Shown here in pieces: positions 1-10,327 of a DNA stretch of 64,000 nucleotides (position 1 is the stretch's first letter; the number at the start of each line of letters is the position of its first letter). Where the stretch lies: the IMG/VR virus record IMGVR_UViG_3300014205_000182, positions 79,725 through 143,724 of that record; one strand, 5' to 3'. The stretch is from a virus (taxonomy: Duplodnaviria > Caudoviricetes). A model generated the notes under the pieces. That model was not told the DNA's origin and searched no databases. It saw only the letters and a program-made list of their open reading frames with translations. Both the position numbers and the translations under genes were made by a program.

Positions 1-317
1 TCGCACGCGGCCAAGTCCGTACAGCGGCCACGATTACCAATCTTGGTGGGTTTTACACCAGAACCCCAATTGCCGCACATCCAGCACTCAAGTGTCTTGG
101 GTACCCACTCGCGGGGTTTATCGCCCATGAGCAGCATTCCAGGCGTTCATGTGAGATTGCCAGATCCGCCCAGCCGCGCCTGTTAGAGACTTCTCAGGCC
201 ATGGTAGATCTTCTAGCGAGTAGTCGAGCGCTTTTTGAGTGCGCAGGATGCGATCCTCCGCTTCAAAAAGCAGTATTTCCGCTTCGGCTAGTGGGAACCG
301 CTTTGCTTGTTCGCCGG

Positions 318-965
318 TCATGCCGCCTCATCGGGGATGTAGAGGTTTGTGGCGTTGTCCTTGTGGAGACTTACGTCTGGTGGGAAGGTGTAGCGATCCT
401 CCAAATAATCCCCCGTCATGGGGTCTTTGTCGCGCCACTTGTCCAAGCTAAAGGTGTAGGTGATATAGTGTAGGCCCTTCTTACTAGGAACGGTAGCAAC
501 GAGGTGTGGCTGCTTGCTACGAGCGTCTGGCGTGGCCAGCCACTTTCCAAACGCCTCCGATTCACTTGAAATTCTATCGACGTCAAACATCCAAAGCTTC
601 TTGTTGGGCGTGACGATGCCGCAGGCTCGGGTATAAAGTGACTTCATGCCGGCAAAATTCCCAGTCAACGAAGCGTCCACCACCAGGCGCGTGAACTCGG
701 CGCCCACCTTCTTGAAGCTACGCGTCGAAAGTCGAGTGTATGCTCGGACCTTCAGTGCATCACAAAGCGCCACCATTTGCGGCATGTGGCGGTCAAAGTC
801 TGCAAGTGACCGGTGATAGAAAGTCTTCACAATCCGCACTCCGTTGTTCCCGACGCGCTTTGTGCGGTCAAGAAGCTCGGTGTACAGAAAGTGATCTCCG
901 TTAGAATCCAGGCCTAGCTCCTCGCCAGGAAGAAAGCGTTTTACGAGGTCGTAGTTGTTAATCAC
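318..965 (-). CDS. hypothetical protein with AEP/prim-pol-like motifs
   Basis: 215-aa ORF; WMFDVD and TVPSKKGLHY resemble AEP motifs DxD and SxxGxH. Confidence 0.4.
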   Translation of the reverse strand: MINNYDLVKRFLPGEELGLDSNGDHFLYTELLDRTKRVGNNGVRIVKTFYHRSLADFDRHMPQMVALCDALKVRAYTRLSTRSFKKVGAEFTRLVVDASLTGNFAGMKSLYTRACGIVTPNKKLWMFDVDRISSESEAFGKWLATPDARSKQPHLVATVPSKKGLHYITYTFSLDKWRDKDPMTGDYLEDRYTFPPDVSLHKDNATNLYIPDEAA

Positions 966-1024
966 CCTCTCAAGCTAAGCACCGGGCAGCGAAAGTCAAG
1001 TGTAACCTCGCGCAGCGAGAAGGC

Positions 1025-1053
1025 TTGACACGGGCACTGGGAGTGATTACTGT
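1025..1053 (+). promoter_or_regulatory. sigma70-type promoter
   Basis: TTGACA-N17-TACTGT, same boxes as at 17817; ATG at 1061. Confidence 0.7.
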
Positions 1054-1060
1054 TGGAAAC

Positions 1061-1420
1061 ATGGACTACTCAAAAACTATAAAGCATATGGAAGACGAGA
1101 TGTCGAAGGGTATCTTCGAAACACTCACCAGCCAGTCAAAGATTCCGTATCCAGGGAAACTGTCACCCCACCAAAAGGAATGCCCTGTTGGTCGAGTAGG
1201 AGACGGCTCTGCCACCAAAGCAATTCTGGCTAAGTATCTAGACAACATGCGCGAAGCTGTGAACCCGGACGGAAGTCCTCGCCGTTGGAAACTTACCGGC
1301 CAGGAGAAGCTGATTGCTCGCGACGCTTGGGCCAGGCAGCTTGCTGCTCTTCAGACCGAGCAAAAGGCTAAGGATGCCAGTCGTGAAGTGACCGTGGTTA
1401 CACAGAGTGAGGATGACTGA
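1061..1420 (+). CDS. hypothetical protein
   Basis: ORF after promoter; stop overlaps next start (TGATG). Confidence 0.6.
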   Translation: MDYSKTIKHMEDEMSKGIFETLTSQSKIPYPGKLSPHQKECPVGRVGDGSATKAILAKYLDNMREAVNPDGSPRRWKLTGQEKLIARDAWARQLAALQTEQKAKDASREVTVVTQSEDD

Positions 1421-1971
1421 TGACGGTATTTTTCACCTCAGATACTCACTACGGCCACGCTAACATCATCAAGTTTAGCGAACGTCCCTTCTCTTCTGTT
1501 GAAGAGATGGACGAGGCAATGATCACAAACTGGAATGCTGTTGTCAAGCCCGGGGATCTCGTCTACCACCTCGGCGACTTCTCGTTCGCTAACCGAGACC
1601 GAACCATCAAGATCGCTAAGCGTCTTGCAGGACAGAAGTTTCTGGTCTACGGTAATCACGACAAGGCAATGCGTCGTGACCGTGAGTTCAACGAGCAGTG
1701 GCAGTGGACCCGAGATCTCACGCAGATCGAGGTCGAGGGCCAGAAGATCACGCTCTGCCACTTCGCTATGTTGACTTGGAATCAAAGCCATCGCGGAGCG
1801 TGGAATCTCCACGGGCACTCCCACGGCAATCTCACGGACGACCCTAACGCGCTACGAATTGACGTAGGGGTCGACTGCTTCAACTACGCACCAGTTTCGT
1901 TCGAAGAAGTTCAAGCCATTATGGCCAAGAAGACGTTCAAACCAATCGACCACCACGGAGACAGGAGCTAG
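1420..1971 (+). CDS. calcineurin-like metallophosphoesterase
   Basis: SDTHYGH, LGDF, GNHD, LCH, HGHSH, DVGVD motifs. Confidence 0.9.
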   Translation: MTVFFTSDTHYGHANIIKFSERPFSSVEEMDEAMITNWNAVVKPGDLVYHLGDFSFANRDRTIKIAKRLAGQKFLVYGNHDKAMRRDREFNEQWQWTRDLTQIEVEGQKITLCHFAMLTWNQSHRGAWNLHGHSHGNLTDDPNALRIDVGVDCFNYAPVSFEEVQAIMAKKTFKPIDHHGDRS

Positions 1972-2157
1972 TATGCAGGTTATTTTCGATATTCAGCGCA
2001 CAGGCCGTCGTTATATGTCCGATGCAGACCTTCAGCAGGAGTGTCTGTTTCTCGGACTTGAACCTACCGCTACCACAGCAGAGATCGCCGCCGAGCTTCA
2101 CCGACGCGGGCTGGATGATTTCTCGGCAGGTAGAGCGATGAAGATGGGGCCGAAGGC

Positions 2158-2466
2158 GTGACTAAGCCGATCACCCCAGCCGAAGTTGTTACTGCCAAAG
2201 CAGCAGCACTCCCAGACGGGGTGCTAGAGACTTTCAACGACTTAATCGCCAAGAAGTGGAACGGGTACTCAGCCACTTTGAAGATTGGTGAAGTCTGTAA
2301 AGCTTTGCGATTGAAGATGAATCTAACCGAAGGTGTTGACGCGTTGCCTGGAGAGTGGCTAGACATCGAACCCGTCTACCGAAAAGCTGGCTGGTACTGT
2401 GAATTCGATAAGCCCGGGTATAACGAAACCTACGAAGGTTATTACACCTTCAAGAAGAAGCCATGA
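2158..2466 (+). CDS. hypothetical protein
   Basis: translationally coupled ORF in + operon. Confidence 0.6.
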   Translation: MTKPITPAEVVTAKAAALPDGVLETFNDLIAKKWNGYSATLKIGEVCKALRLKMNLTEGVDALPGEWLDIEPVYRKAGWYCEFDKPGYNETYEGYYTFKKKP

Positions 2467-3302
2467 AGCCACCAGACGAACGTTTCCTAAACACTTTCGC
2501 CGTTTGTGTCCCCTGCCATAACCATCACAACCTGTGGGTAAAGTGGCACGACGAGTACGGTGTGCCGTGGGAACAGGACTCACTCGGTATGTGGCAGGAG
2601 ATCGGCAAGGTTGACAACCGTCCTGTTGTTGTCTCCGTTAACTGGGCTGATATCGCGGGACGACGAGTAGCGTTTGTCGAGCCAACTAGCCAGCTGGTTG
2701 ACTACGTGATGGTCGATAAGTGGGCCAAAGAAGTGTTCCCGAACGCTATCGAGTTCGTGGACGATAACAACTTCCACAACATCATCCATCCGATTGCTGC
2801 GGCGATTGGTGTCAAGTCGATCATGGCACGGAAGCCAGAGATGAATCTTTACGCAAAGTACGCTCCTAAGGACCCCGATTTCATGAAGAATCTGGTAGGT
2901 GCGAACACGAGAACCCCGGCCTCGCGTGTCGGTCAACTGTTCAAGCGAATCACGTATCGTGACCTGCCGAAGCAAAACCACGGGTGGAACAAGAAGCTAA
3001 GCAGCATGGACTGGTCTGAGGTATGCCTCGACGGCTACCCCGGCTGGCAAATCGAGATGGCTGATGGTCAGAAGGCGCCCGCCTTTGTGAAGCTGACACA
3101 CGTCCGAGGCAAAGGTACCGTGGAGTCTAACGATCTCGCTACTAAGTGGGACGATATCGCCAGCGAGACGTTCTACCAGCGCGACTGGACCGACGATGGT
3201 ATCCCGTTCGTTCATGAGCACGAGGTTTACTGGTCGGGCTGGTGGTTCAAGACGATTGCTGAGCGAGATCGCTTTGTGGCTTGGCAAGCCGAGCAGAAGT
3301 GA
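2463..3302 (+). CDS. hypothetical protein
   Basis: 279-aa ORF with ATGA overlap. Confidence 0.6.
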   Translation: MKPPDERFLNTFAVCVPCHNHHNLWVKWHDEYGVPWEQDSLGMWQEIGKVDNRPVVVSVNWADIAGRRVAFVEPTSQLVDYVMVDKWAKEVFPNAIEFVDDNNFHNIIHPIAAAIGVKSIMARKPEMNLYAKYAPKDPDFMKNLVGANTRTPASRVGQLFKRITYRDLPKQNHGWNKKLSSMDWSEVCLDGYPGWQIEMADGQKAPAFVKLTHVRGKGTVESNDLATKWDDIASETFYQRDWTDDGIPFVHEHEVYWSGWWFKTIAERDRFVAWQAEQK

Positions 3303-3315
3303 TTACCTTTGAGCT

Positions 3316-4095
3316 ATGGCTCATTGGATCCTTCAGAACAATCTCTACGAGGAAGAGGGCTTCGCCGCCCTCACGGGCGCTCTAGACCGTCTAGAAGTAC
3401 CGTACTCGATTCACAAGTGCGTGCCCTTCGTCGGCACACTAGAGCCCGAGGCCACCCCGCCTGCCGGGCCTGTTATTGTGATGGGTTCCTACACCCTCGC
3501 CCGGCACGCCAAGCAGAGGGGCTGGACGCCGGGCGCTTGGCTGGACAATCTCGACTTCGAGGTCCAGCGTAACCACTGGGGCAACCACATGCTGAACGCT
3601 GACGCACACGTCTGCAAATTCGGTGAGATCCCGTTCCAGCGTGAGCCTTTCTTTTTGCGCCCTACCGAGGACTCCAAGGCCTTCACCGGTTTCGTGTGCG
3701 ACTGGCCTTACTACGAGGGCTGGCGAGCCGGCATCGAGCGCATGGGACCTGAGCCTGATTTCAATCTTGACACCTGGGTGATGGTGTGTTCCAAGAAGGA
3801 GATCTACACGGAGACCAGATGCTGGGTCGTACACAAGCGTGTTGTCACAGCTTCTCAGTACAAGCTAGGAACCCTCAAACGGTATGAGGAGCTTCGCAGG
3901 TCGCGTTTTGATAGTGACCTAATCGCGTTTGCGGAGGATCGCGCACTGGACTGGTCACCTAACGAGGCTTACGTGATGGATATCGCGGAGACACCCGAGG
4001 GCTTGAAGATTATCGAAGTGAATAATCTCAATAGTGCAGGCTTCTACAAGGCTGATATGAATAAGCTCGTCATGGCGCTGGAGATGATCGCGTGA
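3316..4095 (+). CDS. ATP-grasp domain protein (DUF4343/R2K-like)
   Basis: FFLRP..DSKAFTG, ETRCWVV, YVMDIA...KIIEVNN..SAGFY. Confidence 0.8.
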   Translation: MAHWILQNNLYEEEGFAALTGALDRLEVPYSIHKCVPFVGTLEPEATPPAGPVIVMGSYTLARHAKQRGWTPGAWLDNLDFEVQRNHWGNHMLNADAHVCKFGEIPFQREPFFLRPTEDSKAFTGFVCDWPYYEGWRAGIERMGPEPDFNLDTWVMVCSKKEIYTETRCWVVHKRVVTASQYKLGTLKRYEELRRSRFDSDLIAFAEDRALDWSPNEAYVMDIAETPEGLKIIEVNNLNSAGFYKADMNKLVMALEMIA

Positions 4096-4475
4096 AGGTT
4101 GCTAAACAAGTCATCGTAATGCGCAAGGATCTCAACATGCGCAAGGGTAAGATGGTTGCACAGGGAGCCCACGCTTCTCTGGGCGCTGTTCTGGTGATCC
4201 GTAAGGAGCTAGACGGTGAGCCAGGCCATGCCTGGGGTGAGGCCTTTAGGCAGTGGATGACAGGCACCTTCACCAAAATCTGCGTGTCTGTAAGTTCTGA
4301 GAGCGAGCTTATGGATATCTTCCACGCCGCTAATGACGCTGGTCTGCCGGTCAAGCTAATCACCGACGCCGGGCACACCGAATTCCACGGCGTACCAACA
4401 CGTACGTGTTTGGCTATTGGTCCCGCATGGTCCGACGACATCGACACTGTCACAGGAAAGCTAGCACTACTATGA
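4092..4475 (+). CDS. pth2: peptidyl-tRNA hydrolase type 2
   Basis: KQVIVMRKDLNMRKGKMVAQGAHA, DAGHTEF, TCLAIGP, ID.VTGKL.LL. Confidence 0.95.
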   Translation: MKVAKQVIVMRKDLNMRKGKMVAQGAHASLGAVLVIRKELDGEPGHAWGEAFRQWMTGTFTKICVSVSSESELMDIFHAANDAGLPVKLITDAGHTEFHGVPTRTCLAIGPAWSDDIDTVTGKLALL

Positions 4476-4695
4476 GCGAGCAAATCCTACGTCAAGTCAA
4501 ACTCACGCGACCAATGCATAACGGCCACGCCGAGGAGATTGCCTGGATCGACAACGAGAAAGCCAAGCTCAACAAGTTCGTCGAGGACGAAGATGGGGTC
4601 GTTTGGCTAGTAGCGGAGCTTTACGGCGCTAAGCCGTTCTCAGCTGTCGATCGAACGGCGAGGGTGGCTAGAGAAGTCGCTGACGTCCTCAAAGA

Positions 4696-5298
4696 TCACT
4701 GAGGCATTAGCGTACGCATCAGCTGACCACGTCCGAACACATCGTAAAGCCCGTGCTTCACAATGTAGTCAGCTACATCCTGGTGAACTAGCTGACGGAA
4801 GTCTTCGCCGTCGACAATCCTCTTCTTGACCATCGTTGAAGAGATGTCTGGAACGACCGCGTGAGCAGCAAGCGCCGGTAAGTCGTACCCGTCACGGCGC
4901 ACGACAATCGGAGGCGCAATCTCCACAATCTCAGCCCAGCCTTCCCAGGTCGTGAATGAGTCGACTAGGTCAGAGCCAAGGATCAAGCGAAATCGGTCAT
5001 TTGGCCACTCCTCCTGCACATACTTGACGAGGTCAATAGTGCGGCTACCGACGAAGCCAGGCTGCTTGGCCAGACGCTGCTCAGCACGACACACCGACGT
5101 ACGTGGGAGGTCGCGAGCCATCAGCCGACACATCTCCAGGCGATGCTCGAAGTCGAGCAACTCCTTGCCAAGCATGTGCTTGTATGTCGGAACGAACCAA
5201 AGTTCATCCACCGGTTGTGTGGCTAAAACGAGTGCAGCCACCAAGTGGTGGCCGACGTGAGCAGGGTTGAAACTACCGCCGTAGAGTGCGATGTCCAT
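4696..5298 (-). CDS. nadD: nicotinate/nicotinamide-nucleotide adenylyltransferase
   Basis: YGGSFNPAHVGH, LILGSD, ISST motifs; start taken at MDIAL. Confidence 0.9.
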   Translation of the reverse strand: MDIALYGGSFNPAHVGHHLVAALVLATQPVDELWFVPTYKHMLGKELLDFEHRLEMCRLMARDLPRTSVCRAEQRLAKQPGFVGSRTIDLVKYVQEEWPNDRFRLILGSDLVDSFTTWEGWAEIVEIAPPIVVRRDGYDLPALAAHAVVPDISSTMVKKRIVDGEDFRQLVHQDVADYIVKHGLYDVFGRGQLMRTLMPQ

Positions 5299-5909
5299 AG
5301 CGCTCCTGCATCTCCTGAAGGACGTCATGTCGACCTTCATAGTAGGCAATTATTGCGGTACCAATACCAAGCACACCTACAAAACAAAGAGCAAAAAAGA
5401 CCACACCCACCACCATAGCCCACTGATCCCAAGGCTTGCCGATTTTGGTAGAAGGGACTTCCGATGGAATCTCTTCTGGGTGCAAACACTCTCGTTTGAT
5501 GTTAGTCATTCTCGGACTCCTTGAAGATACCCCACAGGAAAGCCCCAGGCGCTCCCCAAGCAATCGTGCTGCTGGCCAACCCAAGGTTATTTGTGGCTGC
5601 AAAGACCACAGAAGTGACTGCCGTTAGAAACACAATGCCTAGTAGGCCGATTAGGTAGAATGTGCGAGTACTCATTTCTTCACCTTCTTCAAGTCAAGCG
5701 TCGGTCGCTCAGAAGTGGCTACTGCTGCAAATTCTTCCTGCCACTCTTTGGCAAGCTCCAGCAAAGTCTTGGGCTCTGCTGGCTGGGTAATTTCTTCATC
5801 CGGATCCAGCATCTAACCCTTCCAGTCTCGCATACGCTCTGCTTCGCCCAGGAACCAGGAGAACCCGGCAACCAGGAGCATTGGCAGAACCATCAGCACA
5901 GCGAACAGC

Positions 5910-6257
5910 TTACGCATTGGGCCACACAAGCCCCTCACGCTCGCCCAGCTGCTTCAGGCGGCGCTCCATCATCGCCGGGCTACGTGAGTCGTCATGACAC
6001 CACTGAAGCTGCGTGGCGAAAGTGACCCCGGTTAGATCAAGGGAGGCAGCCAGACCGACACCGTCGGCCATCAAGCCGTTGATGTAGTACCTGGCGTACT
6101 CTGGCTTTGCCGAAGCTTCCGGATCAACCCAGCCCCAAGCACAGTGGCGACCCTGGTCGTCACCGTAGACAGACTCGTCGTTGACCTGGCAACGCGTAAA
6201 GCCCTGCGAGCGCAGACCGATGACTGCGCGGTTGAACATCTCTTGCTTTGTAATCAC
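5910..6257 (-). CDS. hypothetical protein
   Basis: ORF in coupled minus-strand small-gene cluster. Confidence 0.55.
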   Translation of the reverse strand: MITKQEMFNRAVIGLRSQGFTRCQVNDESVYGDDQGRHCAWGWVDPEASAKPEYARYYINGLMADGVGLAASLDLTGVTFATQLQWCHDDSRSPAMMERRLKQLGEREGLVWPNA

Positions 6258-6610
6258 TTGACCTCTGGAATTGCTTCAATCACAACTTTGCCAGTGAACC
6301 TGTGGTCAGGCCAGCAAGGCGAAACACGATGCACGTCGTAGGATACACGAACGATTGCGCCCGATTCGGCAGCCTCGGTCAGCTGTTCGATAGCCTCACG
6401 TTCCGAGTTGTCGACGGCAATGAACACGTCTTCACGCGACATCGAGCCGACACCGTTGCGCATCGTGCCGAGGCTGATGTCGACCAGGGTGTAGTCAGAG
6501 CAGAAGATGGGCGTCTTCTTGACGATCTTCTTGACCTGGCCAATGGCCTCGTTGTCAGCCGAGGAGTTGCCACAAGAGGCGAGAACAGCTAGCAGTAGAA
6601 TCTTCTTCAT
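6254..6610 (-). CDS. putative lipoprotein
   Basis: MKKILLLAVLASC lipobox. Confidence 0.65.
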   Translation of the reverse strand: MKKILLLAVLASCGNSSADNEAIGQVKKIVKKTPIFCSDYTLVDISLGTMRNGVGSMSREDVFIAVDNSEREAIEQLTEAAESGAIVRVSYDVHRVSPCWPDHRFTGKVVIEAIPEVK

Positions 6611-6948
6611 TAGACCTTCTCCGTAAAATACAGAAACTGGATGTGGCTACCGAAGTAACCGTGATCAATGTTCAACGTCTTGGCATGCGCTTCCGCAGCA
6701 GCCTGATCTGGGAAGATCCCCTTGACCTCGACGTACTCTGCCGAGCCAAACGTGCAGCCGTCAGAGTAGTGTTCGACGAGAACACAGGCCGTCTTGGCAT
6801 CTGGAAGCTCGTAGCCGAAGTCCTTGGTGGTGTGCGTCAGTGAGACTGAGATATCAGTCAGACCACGCTCGCCAATGTCCCATTCGTCGTCTGGGTTAAC
6901 TTCGCGAGAGTAGTACTCGTCGTAACTTAGTGAGGCGTGTAACTTCAT
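6610..6948 (-). CDS. hypothetical protein
   Basis: coupled ORF. Confidence 0.55.
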   Translation of the reverse strand: MKLHASLSYDEYYSREVNPDDEWDIGERGLTDISVSLTHTTKDFGYELPDAKTACVLVEHYSDGCTFGSAEYVEVKGIFPDQAAAEAHAKTLNIDHGYFGSHIQFLYFTEKV

Positions 6949-7190
6949 GTTTTCTCCATAGGAATTCGACGGTCGATCTCATCACCAACGGCGACCACTG
7001 CTGCCGCAATCAGCAATTTAACTTCCTCATCACTGAGGAAGCTATCATCAACTAGATTGAGCAAAGCCTCAGGGCTCGTATAGTACGCGATCAAGTTGCT
7101 GGTGCGTTCAGTACGTAGTGTTGCGCGGAACGCATCGAGTTTTGGCGATGTTTGATTTGCCAGATACTCGCGAGCCTCGGATTCGTTCAT
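6945..7190 (-). CDS. hypothetical protein
   Basis: coupled ORF, TTGACA upstream. Confidence 0.5.
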   Translation of the reverse strand: MNESEAREYLANQTSPKLDAFRATLRTERTSNLIAYYTSPEALLNLVDDSFLSDEEVKLLIAAAVVAVGDEIDRRIPMEKT

Positions 7191-7220
7191 AGCTTCTATT
7201 TAACCACTTTCTCTGGCTTG

Positions 7221-7421
7221 TCAAGGCTTCTCTGGACAAGCGGCAACACACTGAATAGAGTCGTCACCACTTCGCCGTAGGCAAACCCAACGTTGGCCTT
7301 GGTTGATACAATCACACTTACGTCCGTCACAAACACACACCGCCTTAGGTCCCAGATGTTTCTCAACCGTAGATCCAGACGGTAGGCAGCCAGCCAGTAG
7401 TACGAGCAAAGCGAACTTCAC
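7221..7421 (-). CDS. small Cys-rich lipoprotein
   Basis: MKFALLVLLAGC lipobox, several Cys. Confidence 0.55.
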   Translation of the reverse strand: MKFALLVLLAGCLPSGSTVEKHLGPKAVCVCDGRKCDCINQGQRWVCLRRSGDDSIQCVAACPEKP

Positions 7422-7666
7422 GACACTTCGTCCGCGTAGTGCTTGGCGAAGCCGGCACGTAGCGCTTCTGAGTGTGCGCTGATCTTCAGGAAAAGCTCTT
7501 CCCCGCAGGCCTGACGCAGCTGCTTAACCAGAATCTTGGCATTCGGTTCGGCGAGCATAACCAGCAGAATTGGTTCTGCTTCGTCCGGAACCGTTTCGAT
7601 CATGTGAACAAAAATTGCTGTGTACATGCAACCAGAGTAATCACGCACGGCAAGCCTGTCAACAGG

Positions 7667-10246
7667 CTAGTTGCTATCGCGCAAGCCTGAGGTTGAACTT
7701 TCTGCAATCTCTGGTGAAGTGCCTTCCGGAAGACGCCACATCGGCTGCCCCTCGTCACCGAGTGTTGGCAGCAGGCCCGCCTCTTTGATAGCAGCAGAGA
7801 TGCCCTTCTGGCGACCAGGAAGCTTCTCAATCTCGATGTCTAGCGCGGACTTAGCAATCTCGGCCAGCGTCCACTGACGGCGCACGTTGACACCCACAGA
7901 ATTACGACGCGACCACTCGCGAATGAGCCCAGCCCAGGTGTTCTCTGGACGACGCTTCTCGACGACAAGCGCTGCCATATCCTGCTCGGTCTCCGTCTCA
8001 AACCACCAGCGTTCACCAGGGCACTCAGGGTGCGCCAGAGAAGGGTTCAAGTCAGCGTGAAGATAACGGTAAGCGGCCTCTGCCCACAGCTGATCGCGGT
8101 CAGCACGAAGTCGAATCGTGTCACATTCGCCCACAGCTACTGGCCAGTAACGACGGTTACCGGTTTCGTCTGGCAAGTACTCACCCTGGTTGGTCGAACC
8201 GATAAACACTGCGTATCGCTTGAATTCCTCTGGAGCCTTGCCGTAGGGCGGGCGGTAGTTGTCGACGCGGGCCGAGATGAACGCCTTCTGGCTTTCCGTC
8301 TCAGAAGCACGTAGCGAAGCAAGCTCAGCAAGCTCGATGATCCAGCGGTAGCTGGCCATCTGCATGGAGTCCTTGTTACCAATTACGAGAGGAGAGTCAG
8401 AGAACCAAGAGCCGGCAAGTACGCTGGCAGCTTTGGACTTTCCAACACCCTGGCGACCTTCTAGAATCAGAACAGTGTCGACCTTGCTTCCGGGTACGAG
8501 TCCACGAGCACACGCCGAGATCATCCACATCGCCCCGACGCGACGGTTGAAATCTGTGTCTTCGGCGCCACAGTAATCGATGAGCCAGGTGTCAATGCGT
8601 GGCTTACGATCCCACTTAACCGCACGCAAGTACTCAGCAACGGGGTTGTACTCGTTGCGTCGAGCGATCAGTAGAAGCTGATCTTCGATTTGCGTCCTGT
8701 TGGCAGTCACCTGCCACTTGCGGTCCATCCAGTTCATGACGTCGGTTGCCAGGACGTTGCTCGAAACGTCCTTGAAAAGCTCTGCTGTAATCTCTACTTG
8801 CTTCGTTAGCCCGTTGAATCGAATGCTGTTTCCCACTACGGAATCTCCGTTCAGAATCTGGTAAAGGTTGTTGGGGCAATTCTTGACCCCTTCACCTTCA
8901 CTGTCAAGCTTTAACGTAGCCATGAGGTCGTAATCAGCCTCGGGTAGATCGGCAGGACCGCCACCAGGTGCGCTTGCAGGAGCAGGTGTAACAGGAAGGG
9001 AGTCGGCCAGGCTAGCAAACTGAGAAGCTCCGGCAATACTCTTGGGCCGAGCTTGGCGAAGCAATTCACGTGCCCGGTCTTCGGGCATGTTGGTGCCCAT
9101 CAGAAGGGTGGCAAACTGATCGTCGGTCGTACCGGTAGGACAGTTACGAATCAGTGCTTGTGTAGCTAGTAGTTCGTTATCACCTAGATATTTCTTATCC
9201 AGAATCTGCGAGATTAGTTCTTTGTCGACTCCCTTGGCAGGATCCGACGTTCGCTTTGCTTTGATAGCCTTCAGGGTTTCTGTAACGAGAATGTCTGGTG
9301 GCTTCGTGTACGCCGGTAGAACAGGAGCGTCACTAAGCCCAAGAGCATCTAGACGCTGTTCCTCGCCTCGATACGCGGCACCCCAAACCGGCATGTTGGC
9401 ACGCTGGTACGCCGACCAGACATGACGACCCATACGTGCGCCCCACGGAGGGACGCACTTCTTATCAAACTCCATTGCAGCTTCAAGCGCAGCTTCCGAG
9501 TCACGCACACCATAAGAACGAATGGCCGAACGCACAATGTTGAACGTCGTACCTGCCGTCGATGTACCCTTGACTTCACCAGGCTCACGAGCAAAGTGTG
9601 CCTTCATGTCTGCGATGCGTTGCTCGTTTGGAATCTTGGCGAGCCACTCCGGTTCCTCCTTCGGAATACCGACGTCACCGACTTCGCTGGTCTTTCGCAG
9701 CGCTTCTTTCCAGGAATCTGGAAGCTCCGCAACAGCGATCTCCGTCGGACCAAGACCCTCCTGCCATGCGTAGTTACCACCACTTGCATGGTTTGACGGC
9801 GCAACAATAATGTACGCCTTCGAACGGATAACAATTCCGCCGAGAACACCACGCACCGGGCCTCCGGGAGACTGCACGATCGCGTGGAAGCCTTCACCAG
9901 AGCCAGAGCGCTGTGTAACCGTCGAAGGAAGCGGCCCGAGTGTTTGCTCAAGTGCTGCTAACTTAGCTAGATCTTTGTTGTACTCGTCAAGGTCAAACCC
10001 CAGGAGCCCGGAAGGCTCCATGACGACGGCGATCGATGCATCTGGCATCGCAGTCCACCAGGCACGAATTTGCGCTTCGTCTGTGGTAGCATCCGTCAGC
10101 CCGTTATTGGAACACGGGTGCTTACCAGGAGATACACATTGTGGTCTACCGCACGCACAGATCCCATCACGCATCGGGTAGCACGGGATCACGTACCAAC
10201 CGATTTTACTGTAGGCTAAGGCAAAATCTAGCATCGTCGCCGACAT
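7667..10246 (-). CDS. bifunctional primase-polymerase fused to VirE/VapE-type helicase
   Basis: N-term GWYVIP..C.CG..C.SPGKHP, FDLD, GFH; C-term LEGRQGVGKS Walker A, IELAEL, DETGNRRYWP, RDQLWAEA. Confidence 0.92.
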   Translation of the reverse strand: MSATMLDFALAYSKIGWYVIPCYPMRDGICACGRPQCVSPGKHPCSNNGLTDATTDEAQIRAWWTAMPDASIAVVMEPSGLLGFDLDEYNKDLAKLAALEQTLGPLPSTVTQRSGSGEGFHAIVQSPGGPVRGVLGGIVIRSKAYIIVAPSNHASGGNYAWQEGLGPTEIAVAELPDSWKEALRKTSEVGDVGIPKEEPEWLAKIPNEQRIADMKAHFAREPGEVKGTSTAGTTFNIVRSAIRSYGVRDSEAALEAAMEFDKKCVPPWGARMGRHVWSAYQRANMPVWGAAYRGEEQRLDALGLSDAPVLPAYTKPPDILVTETLKAIKAKRTSDPAKGVDKELISQILDKKYLGDNELLATQALIRNCPTGTTDDQFATLLMGTNMPEDRARELLRQARPKSIAGASQFASLADSLPVTPAPASAPGGGPADLPEADYDLMATLKLDSEGEGVKNCPNNLYQILNGDSVVGNSIRFNGLTKQVEITAELFKDVSSNVLATDVMNWMDRKWQVTANRTQIEDQLLLIARRNEYNPVAEYLRAVKWDRKPRIDTWLIDYCGAEDTDFNRRVGAMWMISACARGLVPGSKVDTVLILEGRQGVGKSKAASVLAGSWFSDSPLVIGNKDSMQMASYRWIIELAELASLRASETESQKAFISARVDNYRPPYGKAPEEFKRYAVFIGSTNQGEYLPDETGNRRYWPVAVGECDTIRLRADRDQLWAEAAYRYLHADLNPSLAHPECPGERWWFETETEQDMAALVVEKRRPENTWAGLIREWSRRNSVGVNVRRQWTLAEIAKSALDIEIEKLPGRQKGISAAIKEAGLLPTLGDEGQPMWRLPEGTSPEIAESSTSGLRDSN

Positions 10247-10327
10247 AATAGCTTACCTGCCCGCAGTCTGCGGGATAACGACCGTCATCCCAAGTAAACT
10301 ACGCGAGGTACTCGCGAAACTCCGGCG

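Noticed and set aside
10260-10315. Two short hairpins upstream of primase as replication origin
   Set aside because: Only 6-bp stems, with no iterons or AT-rich unwinding element.
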